Assembly (NCBI RefSeq): GCF_006345805.1
Contig: NC_043002.1
Span: 115,940,001-116,004,000, forward strand
Reading direction: 5' to 3'
Source: Octopus sinensis
Taxonomy: Eukaryota
DNA: 64,000 nt
Below, piece after piece: positions 12,835 through 26,277 of the stretch. Numbering within the stretch: the first letter of the stretch is position 1; the number at the start of each line of letters is the position of its first letter. Both the position numbers and the translations under genes were made by a program. The notes beneath the pieces were generated by a model. That model saw only the letters and a program-made list of their open reading frames with translations. It had not been told where the DNA came from and did not search any database.

Positions 12835-12874
<40 letters not shown>

Positions 12875-12928
12875 TGTGTGTATGAATATATATATGTGTG
12901 TGTGTGTATATGTATATATATATATATA

Positions 12929-13755
12929 TCATCATCATCATTTAATGTCTGTTTTCCATGCTATCATGGGTTGGAAAGTTTGACAGGAGCTGTCCAGTTA
13001 AAGAGCTGCTCAGGCACGATGTCTGTTTTGGCATGGTCTCTGTGGCTGGAATGCCTTTCTTAACACCAACCACTTTACAGAGTGTACTGAGTGTTGTTAT
13101 GTAATACCGGTGTGGGTGTGTTTAAATGGCAGCGGTGTAGGTGCTTTTTACATGGCACTAGCGCCTACAAGATGAGGAACACTTAGTTGGAGAGGGAGAG
13201 CAGGGGAGATGCCTGTATGCAAGGGCAACCACACTTTTACTTAGCTTGACATCTCTTCTCAAGAGCAGCAAACTGCCAAGAGTCTCGGTCCCCTGTCATC
13301 CCCACCCTGAGTCCCAACATCGTTAGATCCTTTCTCACCATTTTGTTCTTGGGTCTACTCCTTCCACATGTTCCCTCCACCATTAGAGATCAGCGCCTCT
13401 TGATGCAATAGTTCATTCATATGCATTGCATAACTGCACCAGTGCAGTCTTCTCTCTTGCACACTGTCTGATGCCTTGTGTACCCAGTTTTCCCTCAACC
13501 CACTTACACTCTGTTGTATATGTATACTGACATTACCCACCTAGTGGTGTATACTGGTTTCATTTCTCTCAGTAGCCACAATCCATGCCTCACTGCCATG
13601 TAGCATGACTGTTCACAGGCATCATACAATCTGCCTTTCACTCTGAAGGAGAGGCTCTTCATTACTAACAGAGGTAGGAACTCTCTGAACTTTGCCCAGC
13701 CTATTCTTATTCTAGCAGCTATGCTTTTCAAACAACCTCATCCTCTTCTAACTTG
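12929..13755 (-). mobile_element. RTE LINE 3' end (ORF2 C-terminus, UTR, (GAT)n tail)
   Basis: ARIRIGWAKFREFLPLL...KGRLYDAC...VQERRLHW, then tail. Confidence 0.88.
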
Positions 13756-13782
13756 GTATATATGTATTTATTTAGTTATATA

Positions 13783-14085
13783 TCATCATCATCATCATCA
13801 TCGTTTAACGTCCGTTCTCCATGCTAGCATGGGTTGGACGGTTCGACTGGGGATCTGGGAAGCCAGAAGGCTGCACCAGACTCCAGTCTTTCTACAGCTG
13901 GATGCCCTTCCTAACGCCAACCACTCCGTGAGTGTAGTGGGTGCTTTTTACGTGCCACCCACACAGGTGCCAGGCGAGGCTGGCATCGGCCATGGTCGGA
14001 TTGGTGCATTTTACGTGCCACCGGCACGGAAGCCAGTCGAGGTGGAACTGGCTTCGGCCACGATTCGGATGGTGCTTTTTACGTG
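13783..14085 (-). mobile_element. RTE 3'UTR tail fragment
   Basis: catcatcatcgtttaacgtccgttctccatgctagcatgggttggacgg. Confidence 0.85.
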
Positions 14086-14352
14086 CAAAGTAAGATAGGG
14101 GCTATGAGGGTAACCGACTATGGGATATCAGTTATCCAATATACTGCTGGTGAAGCACCCAAATGGCAAATACATAAATGCTTATAATTGCAATGCAATT
14201 AATTCATTTATTGTATTGAATGGGGGAAGGTAAAATATTTTACTGTAAATTCATAATACAAAATAAGAAAATGGAGGAAGAAATTCATTTCGATCATCAA
14301 CTTACAGATATTGATGATTGAAATGAATTTGTTCCTCCATTTTCTTATTTGT
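14086..14352. repeat. Dispersed repeat (homolog at 36565-36795) ending in a fold-back hairpin
   Basis: aaagtaagatagggg...ctatgggatatc...atcaacttac shared with 36565+. Confidence 0.75.
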
Positions 14353-14365
14353 ATATATATATATT

Positions 14366-14402
<37 letters not shown>

Positions 14403-14828
14403 ATGTGTGTATGTGTACATATTTGTGTGTGTGTATTTATATATATATATATATGCACATGCATCTATGTATGTGTACATATATTTATGTATGTACACAT
14501 GCATCTGTATGTGTACATTTGTGTATGTGTGTGTGTGAGTGTATATATATGCATGTATACTTGGTTAAAATTCAGAAGTCACTGTCACTATTTTTGTTAA
14601 GGAGTAAATTTGTACTCTACAATAAGTATCGATTCATTCTTTTGTTGAATGTAAAAATGTTTATTATAATTTCACACACACATACACACACACACACACA
14701 TGCAAGTATATGTATGTGTGTGTGTGTGTATATATATAGATGTGTATGTATGTATATTTATGTATGTATGGATTTGTATGTATGTATGTATATATATATA
14801 TATTTATAAATATTTATGTATGTGTATG

Positions 14829-14868
<40 letters not shown>

Positions 14869-14973
14869 CATGTATGTACATGTATTTATGCGTATGTATG
14901 TATATATGTATGTATATGTACATATATATGTCTGTATATATGTATATATTATATATATATGTATATGTATATA

Positions 14974-16388
14974 TCATCATCATTTAACATCTGTTGGCCA
15001 TGCTGTCATGGGTTGGATGGTGTGACCAGAGCTGGCAAACTGGGGAGGGGCTGCTGCACCAGACTCCAGCCTCATGCTTTCTATGGCCGGATGCCCTTCC
15101 TAACACCAACCACTTTACAGAGTGTGCTGGAGGCTTTTATGTCGTACCACATGGGTTCTTTTACATGGCAAGCATGGGAACCTTTATGTGATGCTGCACA
15201 GGCTCTTCTATATGGTGATGCATGTGTGCTTTTACATGGCACCTCCAAGAGTGCTTTGCCCACCAAAATGATCAGTCTTAACACATCTGCTGCAGGGTAC
15301 AGGTCTTTTGAGTATGGCAAAATGCCAGGTATTTTAGTCCTTTGGTTCAGCTTTCTGAGGTCAGTCTTCAGTACTTCATCCCATGCCTTCCTGGGTCTCC
15401 CACTTCCTTGTGTTTCATCCACTTTGAGAGATTGGCACTTCTTTATGGAACTGTTGGCATCCATCTGCATCACGTAACCAAATTAGTGCAGTCTTCTCTC
15501 TTGCAGACAGCAATCAATTCCTCTTATGCCTAACTTCTCTTTCAGAACATTGATTCTCTGTCGAACATGTACACTTACATTACACATCCAGTGGAAGATA
15601 CTAGCCTCGTTCCTTTCTAACATTTGCATGCCCTCTGCATTCAGGGTGCACATCTTACTACCATGTAGAATTGTTGTCCATATAGATGCATCATACAATC
15701 TTCTTTTCATTCAGAGAGGGAAACCTTTCATGGCCAACAGAGGTAACAACTCTCTGAATTTTCCCCATCCTGTTCTTACTCTCACTGTTACATTCCCCAT
15801 GCATTCTCACCCACTACTAATTTGGTCCCCTAGGTAGCAGAAATTATCTACTACCTCTAATGAGCCACTGGGGGATTTAAGAGAATCAAAGTCTCTAGTT
15901 TTTATAGATTCTGTGCATCTTCCACATATGAAAACTTTCTTCTCTGATAACCTTCCAATTAACCCACTGTACCTCTTGTGTGTCCATAACTTGCACTGGG
16001 TACACTGTATGCCTACACCTTTCCTACAAATTGAATGAAGTAAGATCCTGTCAGTTTTCTTGCTTACTAGGATCTTAGTCTTTGCTTAGTTAACCTTAAG
16101 GCCCTTAGATTCCAGGTTTTGCTGTCACACCTTGAATTTTTCATCTCGCTCTAATATGGAATCCACTATGAGGGCAAGATCATCAGCATATAATAGTTCC
16201 CAAGGACTGCCACTCTTGAATTCCTCTGTTATGGCCTGGAGGATAATGATGAAAAGGAGGGGATTAAGGACTGAGCCTTGATGAACTTCTACCTGTACAT
16301 CAAATTCTTTGCTGTACTTGGGATTAATTCTCACCTTACTGACAGCATCTTCGTCCATGGCCTGTACATCTTTCACCAGCCACTGTGA
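14974..16388 (-). mobile_element. RTE LINE 3' half, decayed
   Basis: VHQGSVLNPLLFIIILQAITEEFKSGSPWELLYADDL, RRLYDASI, tail (GAT)n. Confidence 0.88.
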
Positions 16389-17011
16389 GAGTGTGTGTGT
16401 GTATATATAATACACACACACACATATATATATATATAGATATCCATACATAGCCAGAGAGAGAGAGAGGGAGAGAGAAGAGAGAGAGAGAGAGAGAGAA
16501 ACATGCTCAGCAATACACAGATGAATGTGTGTTCCTAGATTTACAAACTGTCAGATTCTGCTGGGGATTATATAGGCCATAGAAATTAAGTGATAAGTTG
16601 TGTCTTATAGTGCCAAAATTTAAGAAATTACGGAGTAATTCAGATGCAGATGGCTGGCCACACCACTGATAATGTGGCCAGTTGGCAGGATTGCCAACAT
16701 TCTTAGAGATAAATGTCCGCATATGAAAATATATACAGATACAGAGAGTGAGACATGCGTACATACTCATGGACATATGTGTTCAGATACACATACGTAT
16801 GTCTGTGTGCACGCATGTGTGTACAATGATGCTTATACGTAATATTCCTACAGGTTCATACGCACATATGTTTAAACAACACAGTATTAGATATCAGTAA
16901 ATAAAACATACACACATGCATATTTATTTGTAAGTATAGGCATGCACACACACACACACACACATGCTTATGTAAATGTATATCTATCTATTTGTGTGTG
17001 TGTATGTGTAT

Positions 17012-18290
17012 CAGCATCACATCATATATTGCCCCCTTCCATGCTGGCATGAGTTGGACGTTTTGATAGGAGCTGGTAAGTCAGAAGAGAGTGCCAAGCT
17101 GTTTGCTTTGGCATAGGTTCTATGGCTGGATGCCCTTCCTAATGCCAATCACTTTTCAGAGTGCACTAGGTGCTTTTTATGCAGAACTTGCAGCAGTAAG
17201 GTTCAACTGAGAGGAGAGGTAGTAATGAGGGAGGTGGCTTTGTGCCAGGTAATGAGAGGTTAGAGTATGATAGAGGGACAGGAACAAATGTTTATCAAGT
17301 GCAATGCTTATTTATTCGCATTGTTTTGAATTAATCATGCATTCTATCTTGTAACTTTGAGATTTCATTGATGTGATTCTTTGTTTTTAGAATGAAATTG
17401 TAGGTTGATTGGCTGAATTTGGCCAGTTTGAACATTAAAAAAAAGGTAGACTATTTTTACTGGATATGGTCGGCTTAAATGCTAAAAGGTTAATGGATGA
17501 AGGATGGATAACAAGTGAAATGGTTGTGAGTGGTTGTAGGTAGTAAGAAAAGTGGTATCGAGAATGAACTGCAGTTAGGAAGGTGATGGGTGGCTGGGGT
17601 GACTTGAGGAGAAAGTAAATTGGATGAAGGGCCCAGTTGTGTATATATTCACTCACAGTGCTGCTAGAACTGTTTTACCAAGGCTGGCCAGTTTTCTTGA
17701 GAAATGCACATCCCCAGTTATCCTAGTCTTTTATCATCTGCTCTGTGAGTTTCGAGGTCCTGAGATTGACCTTCATCACTTCATCCATGTCTTTCTGAGA
17801 TTTCCTCTTCCACAAGCTCCATTCAAATTAAGATATTGATACTCTATGTAGTTGTCATTATCCATATGCACCACATGTCCATACTGGAACAGCCTTCTTT
17901 CTTGCACACTACACCTGATTTCTCTCAGTACATTTGTACTGTCTTTTAAGTACATTTACATTGTGCAGCCAATGCAGCATGCTTGCTTCATTCTCGTCCC
18001 CAGTCTTCTCATGTCTTCTGCATTCAAGGCACCTGTTTCACTAACATGCCACATCATGAGCATCATACAATCTGTCCTTCATTTTTTTGGGAAAAAGGCT
18101 TTTGTTGTCTGCAGTTATGGTTGCTCCCTGAACTTTCCTCAGCACATTCTTACTCTGATTACTATACTTTTGATGCAACCCTCTCCCTTGTTAATTAAAT
18201 CTCTAAGGTAACAAAAGCTATCAACTATTTCAAGTGTACTCATAGTATATACTGCTCCAGTGTACCTATCACATAGAAAGCTTATGTTTT
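17012..18290 (-). mobile_element. Old RTE 3' fragments interrupted by a TTAA-type MITE (~17295-17512)
   Basis: Degenerate RTE motifs (IVDSFCYL...IRVRMC). The MITE ends aaatgctaaaaggTTAA. Confidence 0.65.
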
Positions 18291-18544
18291 CTGATATTTT
18301 GTTAATGTAGGTAAGTCTTCTCTGAGTACATCTTTTATTGAGATAAACATCTTCCATCCTATTTTCATTCTCCTTGAAATTTCAGATCTTGGTCCATATT
18401 TACTGTGTGCTTCAAATAGTTGTATTTCTTTTTTTTCTCTTTGATTTCATTGCTTCCCACCTCTATTCATCTTTGTGTTATGTTCTCTGACTGCATGTAT
18501 TTTGTTTTCATAATGTTCGTTTTAAGGTCTTCTGCTGATCTATG

Positions 18545-19120
18545 GTTGTCCACTACCACCAAGGTGCTTAAAATATTTGGCAGAGTAGGATATGGTCTAG
18601 TCACCCATATAGTTAATCAGGTTGTTTAGGAAGAGGTCATACCAAATAACTGGTGTAGCAAGTGGAGGTTTGTGGCTTAGTGGTTAGGGTGTTGGACTCA
18701 TGATCATGAGATTGTGGTTATGGTTCCTGGACCAGGCAGCTCATTGTGTTCTTGAGCAAAACACTTCATTTCACATTGCTCCACTCCACTCAGCTGGTAA
18801 AAATGAGTAACCCTGTGACAGACTAGTGCCCTTTCCAGATGGGGAATATATACACCATGAAACCAGGAAACTGGCCCTTATGAATCAGAATGACTTGAGA
18901 AGGTAACTTCTTTTTACTGGTGTAGCAGCATTATAATCAACTGCTACAAAGGTAAAAGGGATACCTTAGGCAGAAGTAATTATAGAGATATCAAATTAAT
19001 GGACCAGGTCATGAATGGCACAGAAAGGATCATAGCTCAACTAGTTAAGAAGAGAGTTAACTTAGATGAGATGCAGTTTGGTTTTGTGCCAGGGAGAAAC
19101 ACTGATGATGCTCTCTTTTC
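18545..19120 (+). mobile_element. RTE fragment interrupted by a SINE
   Basis: LKIFGRVGYGLVTHIVNQV...MDQVMNGTERIIAQL...QFGFVPGR. Confidence 0.8.
18661..18915 (+). mobile_element. tRNA-derived SINE with 12-bp TSD
   Basis: A box tggcttagtgg, degenerate B box. TSD actggtgtagca at 18649-18660 and 18916-18927. Confidence 0.85.
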
Positions 19121-19444
19121 AAACGAAACACTACACTTAAACACAGGCATCCTAATCCTCCAAAGAAGTTTTTCTAATATTGAACTCTAAAAGCATAAAG
19201 ACACTACAATGTATTGCTATACTTATTAATTTTTGTATACATTTATTATTTTTTTGAAAAAAAATTGTAAATTTCTTTTTTCCACTTCCTCAATTTAAAA
19301 AAAAAATTTTCCCTTCCAAATTTTGAAAATTTGCCTTGCAATGAAAGCCATTTTGATTTCTTTTTTAATTTTTAAAAAACCCATTTTTGTTAAAATTTAC
19401 TTTCAATTTAGCATTCTGCCTTATTATTTTTTTCCTCTCCTATG

Positions 19445-19496
<52 letters not shown>

Positions 19497-19516
19497 GATA
19501 TATATGTATATATATG

Positions 19517-19692
19517 TGTAAAAAGCACCCACTACACTCATCGAGTGGTTGGCATTAGGGAGGGCACCAGCTGTAGAAACACTGCCAGATCAAACTGCAA
19601 CCTGGTGCAGCCTTCTGGCTTCCCAGACCCCGGTCGAACCGTCCAACCCATGCTAGCATGGAGAACGGACGTTAAACGATGATGATGATGAT
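19517..19692 (+). mobile_element. RTE 3'UTR tail fragment
   Basis: Ends ggacgttaaacgatgatgatg. Confidence 0.85.
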
Positions 19693-19867
19693 ATATGTAT
19701 ACGTATATATGTATGTTTATATATGAATATATATGTATATATATATGTGTATATATATATTTATATATATACATATATATATATTTTTATATATATATAT
19801 GTATATATATATATACATGTGTATATATATATACATATGTGTATATATATATATACATGTGTATATA

Positions 19868-20040
19868 TCATCATCATCATCATCGTTTAACGTCCGCTTT
19901 CCATGCTAGCATGGGTTGGACGGTTCAACTGGGGTCTGGCAAGCCCGAAGGCTGCACCAGGCCAGTCAGATCTGGCAGTGTTTCTACAGCTGGATGCCCT
20001 TCCTAACGCCAACCACTCCGAGAGTGTAGTGGGTGATTTT
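19868..20040 (-). mobile_element. RTE 3'UTR tail fragment
   Basis: Inverted relative to 19517-19692. Confidence 0.85.
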
Positions 20041-20075
20041 ATATATATACATATGTGTATATATATATACATATG

Positions 20076-20127
<52 letters not shown>

Positions 20128-20465
20128 TATATGTATATATATATATGTACATATATGTATATATATATATATGTACATATATGTATATATATATATATGT
20201 ACATATATGTATCATATATGTATATATATATATGTACATATATGTATATATATAAGTACATATATGTACATATATGTATATATATATATATGTACATATA
20301 TGTATATATATATATATACATATATGTATATATATAACAGGAAGCTTTCTGAAAATAGACAAAAGACGAAGGCAGGTTTATGGAAATAAACAAAAGACGA
20401 AGGCAGGTGGAATACAAACAAACAATTGTATTAGTATGGCGCTCAGGAAATATAAATAAAACAAG

Positions 20466-20503
20466 TCTTTAACGTTTTGAGCCTACGCTCTTCAACAGAA
20501 AGA
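20466..20503 (-). ncRNA. Defective minimal hammerhead ribozyme motif (Penelope-type terminal repeat)
   Basis: Minus strand TCTTT CTGTTGA a GAGC gtag GCTC AAAA CG TT AAAGA. Stems I-III are intact but the core has A6 and G12 changes. Confidence 0.55.
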
Positions 20504-20716
20504 TACACAGAGAAAAAACACAGAAAGAAGGAGAGAAAAAAAATATGCGTGTATATATATATATATGTACATATATGCATATATATATATATATGTACAT
20601 ATATGTATATATATATATGTACATATATGTATATATATATATATATGTACATATATGTATATATATATATGTACCTATATGTATATATATATATGTATGT
20701 ATATATATATATATAT

Positions 20717-20940
20717 GTGAGCTGGCAGAAATGTTAGTGTGCCGGACGAAATGCTTTGCGGTATTTCGTCTGTCGTTACTTTCTGAGTTCAAATTCCGCC
20801 AGGGTCGACTTTGCCTTTCATCCTCTCGGAGTCAATAAATAAAGTACCAGTTTCACACTGGGTCGATGTAATTGACTTAATCCCTTTGTCTGTCCTTGTT
20901 TGTCCCCTCTATGTTTAGCCCCTTGTGGGCAGTAAAGAAA
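20717..20940 (+). mobile_element. tRNA-derived SINE
   Basis: A-box-like tggcagaaatgttag, B box gagttcaaattcc, internal hairpin gacgaaat...atttcgtc. Confidence 0.85.
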
Positions 20941-21378
20941 TATATATATATGTGTGTATGTATATACATATATGTATATATATATGTGTGTATGTATATA
21001 CATATATGTATATATATATGTGTGTATATATATATACATATATGTATATATATATGTGTATGTATATATATATGTGTGTATATATATATACATATATGTA
21101 TACATATATGTGTATATATATATATACATATATGTATATATATATGTGTATATATATACATATGTGTATATATATATATACATATATGTATATATATACA
21201 TATGTGTATATATATACATATATGTATATATATGTGTATATATATATGTATGTGTGTATATATATATATACATATGTGTGTATATATATATACATATGTG
21301 TGTGTATATATATATGTGTATATATATATACACATATGTGTGTATATATATATATGTGTGTATATATATATACATATG

Positions 21379-21461
<83 letters not shown>

Positions 21462-21721
21462 ATATAATAAATAAAATATATGCATATATACATACATATA
21501 TGTACATACTTACATCTACATGTATATATACATGCATTATGTTTACTTGTGGTGTCCTGTACTTATATATATGTATGCATGTATATATACATGTAAATGT
21601 AAGTATGTACATATATGTATGTATATATGCATATATTTTATTTATTTATTATTACTATATGACCGAATGCATGTGTTATTTCTCTATTTCTCTTCTCCAA
21701 GTTTTTATTTATATATATCTA

Positions 21722-21765
<44 letters not shown>

Positions 21766-21886
21766 ATATATCTGTATATGTATATTATATATACATACAT
21801 ATGTATATATATATGTATATATAATATATCTGTATATGTATATTATATATACATACGTATAAATATATATGTTATACATATACATA
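20941..21886. repeat. Compound (TA)n/(TACA)n microsatellite
   Basis: Directly visible. Confidence 0.95.
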
Positions 21887-23616
21887 TAAATCCTTAAATC
21901 CTTAAAAATGTTTTAGCTCGAAGGCCGCGGCCATGCTGGGGCACCACCGCTGAATGAGCTCCACTAATATGTGAATCCACTTCTGATACGTGGCACTTGA
22001 TCAACAAGGGAGTTCGATGCCGCTACCCGCATCTGTGTCTCCTGTCATGAGGTAGGTTCATCTGGGAGCCCCGACAAGAAGAGATCCAGTTTAGTTTTAA
22101 AGAAACCCACATCCACACCATGTAAGTCTCTCAGGCATTTAGGGAGGATGTTAAAGAGCTGTGGTCCTCTGAAACCCAAGCTGTTGCAGTATCTGGACCT
22201 GTATTTTGATGGTGATGTTAGAATCTTTGCCACCATACAGTGGTACCCCGTTCTGTGGTTGGGGTAACTTTGAATGCCAAAGTTTGGGACAAGACCCTCC
22301 AGGATTTTCCAGATGTATATCACCGCATATCTCTCCCACCTTCGCTCTAGGGAGAAGAGGTTTAATACTTTCAGTCTTTCCCAGTAGCTGATATTTTGCA
22401 TTGAGATGGTCTTCTTTGTGTAGCTTCTTTGAACTGCTTCGAGTTCTGCTGTTAGTTTTATATTGTGTGGTGACCATAGTTGGGAGCAGTAGTCCAAGCG
22501 GCTGAGGACGAATGTTTTCCATAGGACCATCAGTGTCTCCTTCTCTCTTGTTCTGAAAGTTCGGAGAATCCATCCAGCTAGCCGTCTGCATTTTATCACC
22601 AGATTAGCAATATGCACTTGGAAAGATGCATCATTGCTCATGTCAATGCCCAGGTCACGCACTGATTTTGACTCAGGGATTGCAATTCTTCCTGGGCCAG
22701 TGTATCCAGTCTGCACGTCATTTACCTTTGTGTGCCGGTAGCGCAGGGCCTAGAACTTCCCTGCATTAAACTGCATGTTGTTGTCCTCAGCCCACCTGTA
22801 TATTGTATCCAACTCCTGTTGCAGATGTGCAATATTTTCAGGGTTTTGTATTGTGTGGGAGACTTTTGTGTCATCTGCATAGCTAGCAAGGGTGGCCATC
22901 GTAGCAACAGTGGCCCCAAGACAGTGCCCTGTGGAACACCGCTTGTTATTTGTCTTTCCTTGGAGGTGGCTCCATTGGTCACAACTGCCTGCCTTGTATC
23001 TTTTAGGAAGTTGTGCAGCCACTCTCCAAGTTTTCCGCCTATGCCGAGACCATGCAGTTTGTGACAGATCATACCATGGTCGACTTTATCAAAGGCTTTT
23101 GCAAAGTCGAGATATATTACATCCACATTTTAGCCATGTAGTAGCTGTTTTAACACCCAGTCATAGTGTTGCAGGAGCTGTGTTAGGCAGCTTCTACCTG
23201 GTCGAAATCCATACTGGGTGTCAGACAGCAAGTCATTTTCTTCAAGGAACATGATTAGTTTCTTGCAGACTATTCGTTCCATGACTTTGCTGATGTGTGA
23301 GGTCAGAGAGATAGGCCTATAAATTTTTAGCATCTGTTCTGCTACCTCCCTTATGGATAGGGCATATTACCCACTCTTTCAATTTGACTGGGAGCTTACC
23401 ACTTGCAAGAAAGCTCTGAAAAAGAAGCTGTAGCGGTTTTGTAAGGGATTGTTTGCACGATTTGAGAAGGATCGCAGGAAATCCATCAGGTCCAGCAGCT
23501 GAGTTTGTGTCAATCTCATCTATGGCTAGTGTGATATCATCATCTTCAATGTTGATGTACTCAATTTTTGCCTCTTTGGCCGCAGGTAAAGTGGCAAAGA
23601 ATTCATCTGGGTTGTT
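21887..23616 (-). mobile_element. 5'-truncated CR1-clade LINE (RT and 3' end), decayed
   Basis: YRPISLTSH, QYGFRPGRSC, YLDFAKAFDKVDH, SGVPQGTVLGPLL, SYADD. 3' tail (AAGGATTT)n. Confidence 0.92.
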
Positions 23617-23644
23617 TATGTGTATATATATATATATGCATATA

Positions 23645-23680
<36 letters not shown>

Positions 23681-23711
23681 TATATATGCATATATATATA
23701 TATATGCATAT

Positions 23712-25907
23712 ACCGGAGTAAACACATAAATGTGAAACAAGGTGGAAAAAAGAGTACTCAAATACCAGTGGTAGAGTAATATGCTTTATTTAAAGCAGCA
23801 GAAAATTCAACAAAACCTGTTACTCTGAGTTTCGCGTTGCCATTCATCGGACAGTTTTTGCTAGAATAGAACCGATATGTCAATTCTATCCAGACTATTA
23901 CAAACGCTACACCTTTAAAAATGGACTTGTTTGATTGGTCCTTTACAAATAACGGTCAATTTTCGAGCGATAAACAAAAATGAGCTCAAAATATATATAA
24001 ATTATAAAATTCGAGGAAAAAACCTTACATTGAATAAAATACATATTGTCATTAATAAAGGAAATATAATTAATACATGGAAATTGAAATTAAAATGTTA
24101 AAATGCATTAAAATATTACATGGCAGTACATATTCATATTAAACCATACATATATACATCAACATACACAGATAGATGCGTGCAGACCACATACATATAG
24201 AGACGTATAAATATAAAGCTAAAATAGACACAAAAATGCATGTACACATATGCATACGCAATCTAGTTCACACGCAAAACCACTGTATCTATGAAGACTA
24301 TAAGCTAAAATCATGGATGGGGAAGGGGCGTTCTTATTTACGATATAAAGTTGAAGACATGGGTAAAGGAGGGGGGACGTAAAGTTACAGGACTCTACAA
24401 GTAACGAAAAGTAAGAGAGAGAAAACACGAAAGAAAGGAAGAGAGAGAAAAAAGGGAAGAGAGGGAAAAAAGAAGAAAAAGGGGGGAAGGGGAAAACGAA
24501 AGAAGAAAAATTATGTATACAAACTGTGTAAGCACATATACTGACACATATATATAGAGACAAGTACGCAAACACACAAGTTCAAGTGGATACATACAAT
24601 CGTGTATGTATGTGCTTAAGTACAAACATACGCTCACTTACACATATACAAAGACGTATGCTTACAAATACATATTCGTGGCTATACACATATTTACATA
24701 AAAATGCCTAGGATCTGACAACATTGCTTTTTTAAAAAATGGTAAGTGTGTAATAATAAAAATTAGACGAAAGACGTGTAAAATATAACACCCTATTTCG
24801 GATCATCTTTAAGTTAAATACCAAAGTAAGCCTATACAATATAATAAAATGAAATAAACTAAGTCAAAGGTTTTTCCTAAGGAATATGTAGAAATATAAA
24901 CAAAATGAACAAAATATATGCACGAGACTTTGCTATACGGAATGAAATCTGCATAGCGCGAAACAAATCCATCGGTGCGTTTACAGACTAGTCCAAGAAT
25001 AAAAAATCAAAATTTCAAAATACAAAAAGACAAAATATACTCTATCCATATGGGATATTTATGTTTGACATTTTAAATTTGGTTGCGTGCCTGCATGAGT
25101 TCATCAGCTCACTTCTTTTATTCAAAGAATTATTGTCTTTGAGTAAAATATAAAGTTTCTCTAACAGGCAAAGATTGCACTTAAAATTTTTCTTGTGTGC
25201 TCCATGTCTGTATGGTACCGTTCTGTCCAGAATGCTCCATGTCATGTTGAAAGGTGGAGTTTCCTTTTCTTTTAGTTCCCAGACATATTTTGCTAGGCTG
25301 GTCCTCTTCCTATTTTCTGGGTATCTAAATGCATTTTTATCCGAATAAATCTGCGTTTTAAATGAATTTTCTGAAGCCCCTCTATAGGTCTTGTATTCCG
25401 ATGAGCCTTCTATTTGTACCTTGGCTCTATAAACGACCCCTTTTACTTGACATTTCCCTTCCAACGGACAGGAGGATTCATTTTTACAATTGCATTTCTC
25501 AAGGGGCTCGGCACCATGCTTAATATCAATCAGATTCCTATTATGCTGGCTAATGTAAGAGGCGAAATTTCTGCAACAGGAATAGCTAACCTTAAAGGTT
25601 CTTCTATTAAATATTCTATAGAATTTATGGTCCTGCTTAAAATACCTAGAGACTAATTTCAAAAATTCCTTACCTATATTAGTCTTTAGGGCCAAATTGA
25701 AAGCTGGGTTGAACCACAAAACTTTCCTGGTCCTAGTTCTTCGCGCAGCATTATTACCAGCATTAAGCTGGTTGTACTGGATCTTCTCAGAAAATCCACT
25801 ATTCCTTAATGCGCTATCGTAATAAGGTGCAGCATTATGGAATTCTGCCTCATCCGAAGAAATTGAAGATATTCTTCTACCTACATTGCTGATTAAGTTC
25901 CTAAGGA
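23712..25907 (-). mobile_element. 5'-truncated Penelope-like element: ~288 uninterrupted codons (25042-25907), long 3' region and terminal repeat
   Basis: [11 protein letters not shown]...KVSYSC...CNC...CPLEGKC...GVVYRA...YRG...WELKE...CNLCLLEK...[13 protein letters not shown]. Joining the ORF to the terminal repeat as one element is inferred. Confidence 0.85.
23811..23860 (-). ncRNA. Degenerate type-I hammerhead ribozyme
   Basis: Minus strand aaaaCTGT CCGATGA atg gcaa cgc GAAA CTCAGAG TA ACAG gtttt. U4 is C and stem II is weak. Confidence 0.6.
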
Positions 25908-25909
25908 TA

Positions 25910-25957
<48 letters not shown>

Positions 25958-26135
25958 TATATATATATAGATATGCATATATATATATATATAGATATGC
26001 ATATATATATATATATAGATATGCATATATATATATATATAGATATGCATATATATATATATATAGATATGCATATATATATATATATATATGCATATAT
26101 ATATAGATATGCATATATATATATATATATAGATA

Positions 26136-26173
<38 letters not shown>

Positions 26174-26232
26174 TATGCATATATATATAGATATATATAT
26201 ATATATATATATATAGATATGCATATATATAT

Positions 26233-26277
<45 letters not shown>

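Noticed and set aside
16570-16680. LSDKLCLIVP...SDADG resembling the CTBS CSDAAG region
   Set aside because: Flanking in-frame stops and no credible splice donor. The similarity is probably chance.
4005-23616. CR1 5' piece (+, 4-5.3 kb) and CR1 3' piece (-, 21.9-23.6 kb) as halves of one inverted element
   Set aside because: No overlapping sequence or shared TSD to link them. Cannot be supported.
24700-24830. Possible extra hammerhead (GAAAgacgtgTA)
   Set aside because: No matching CUGANGA box or stem II could be built.
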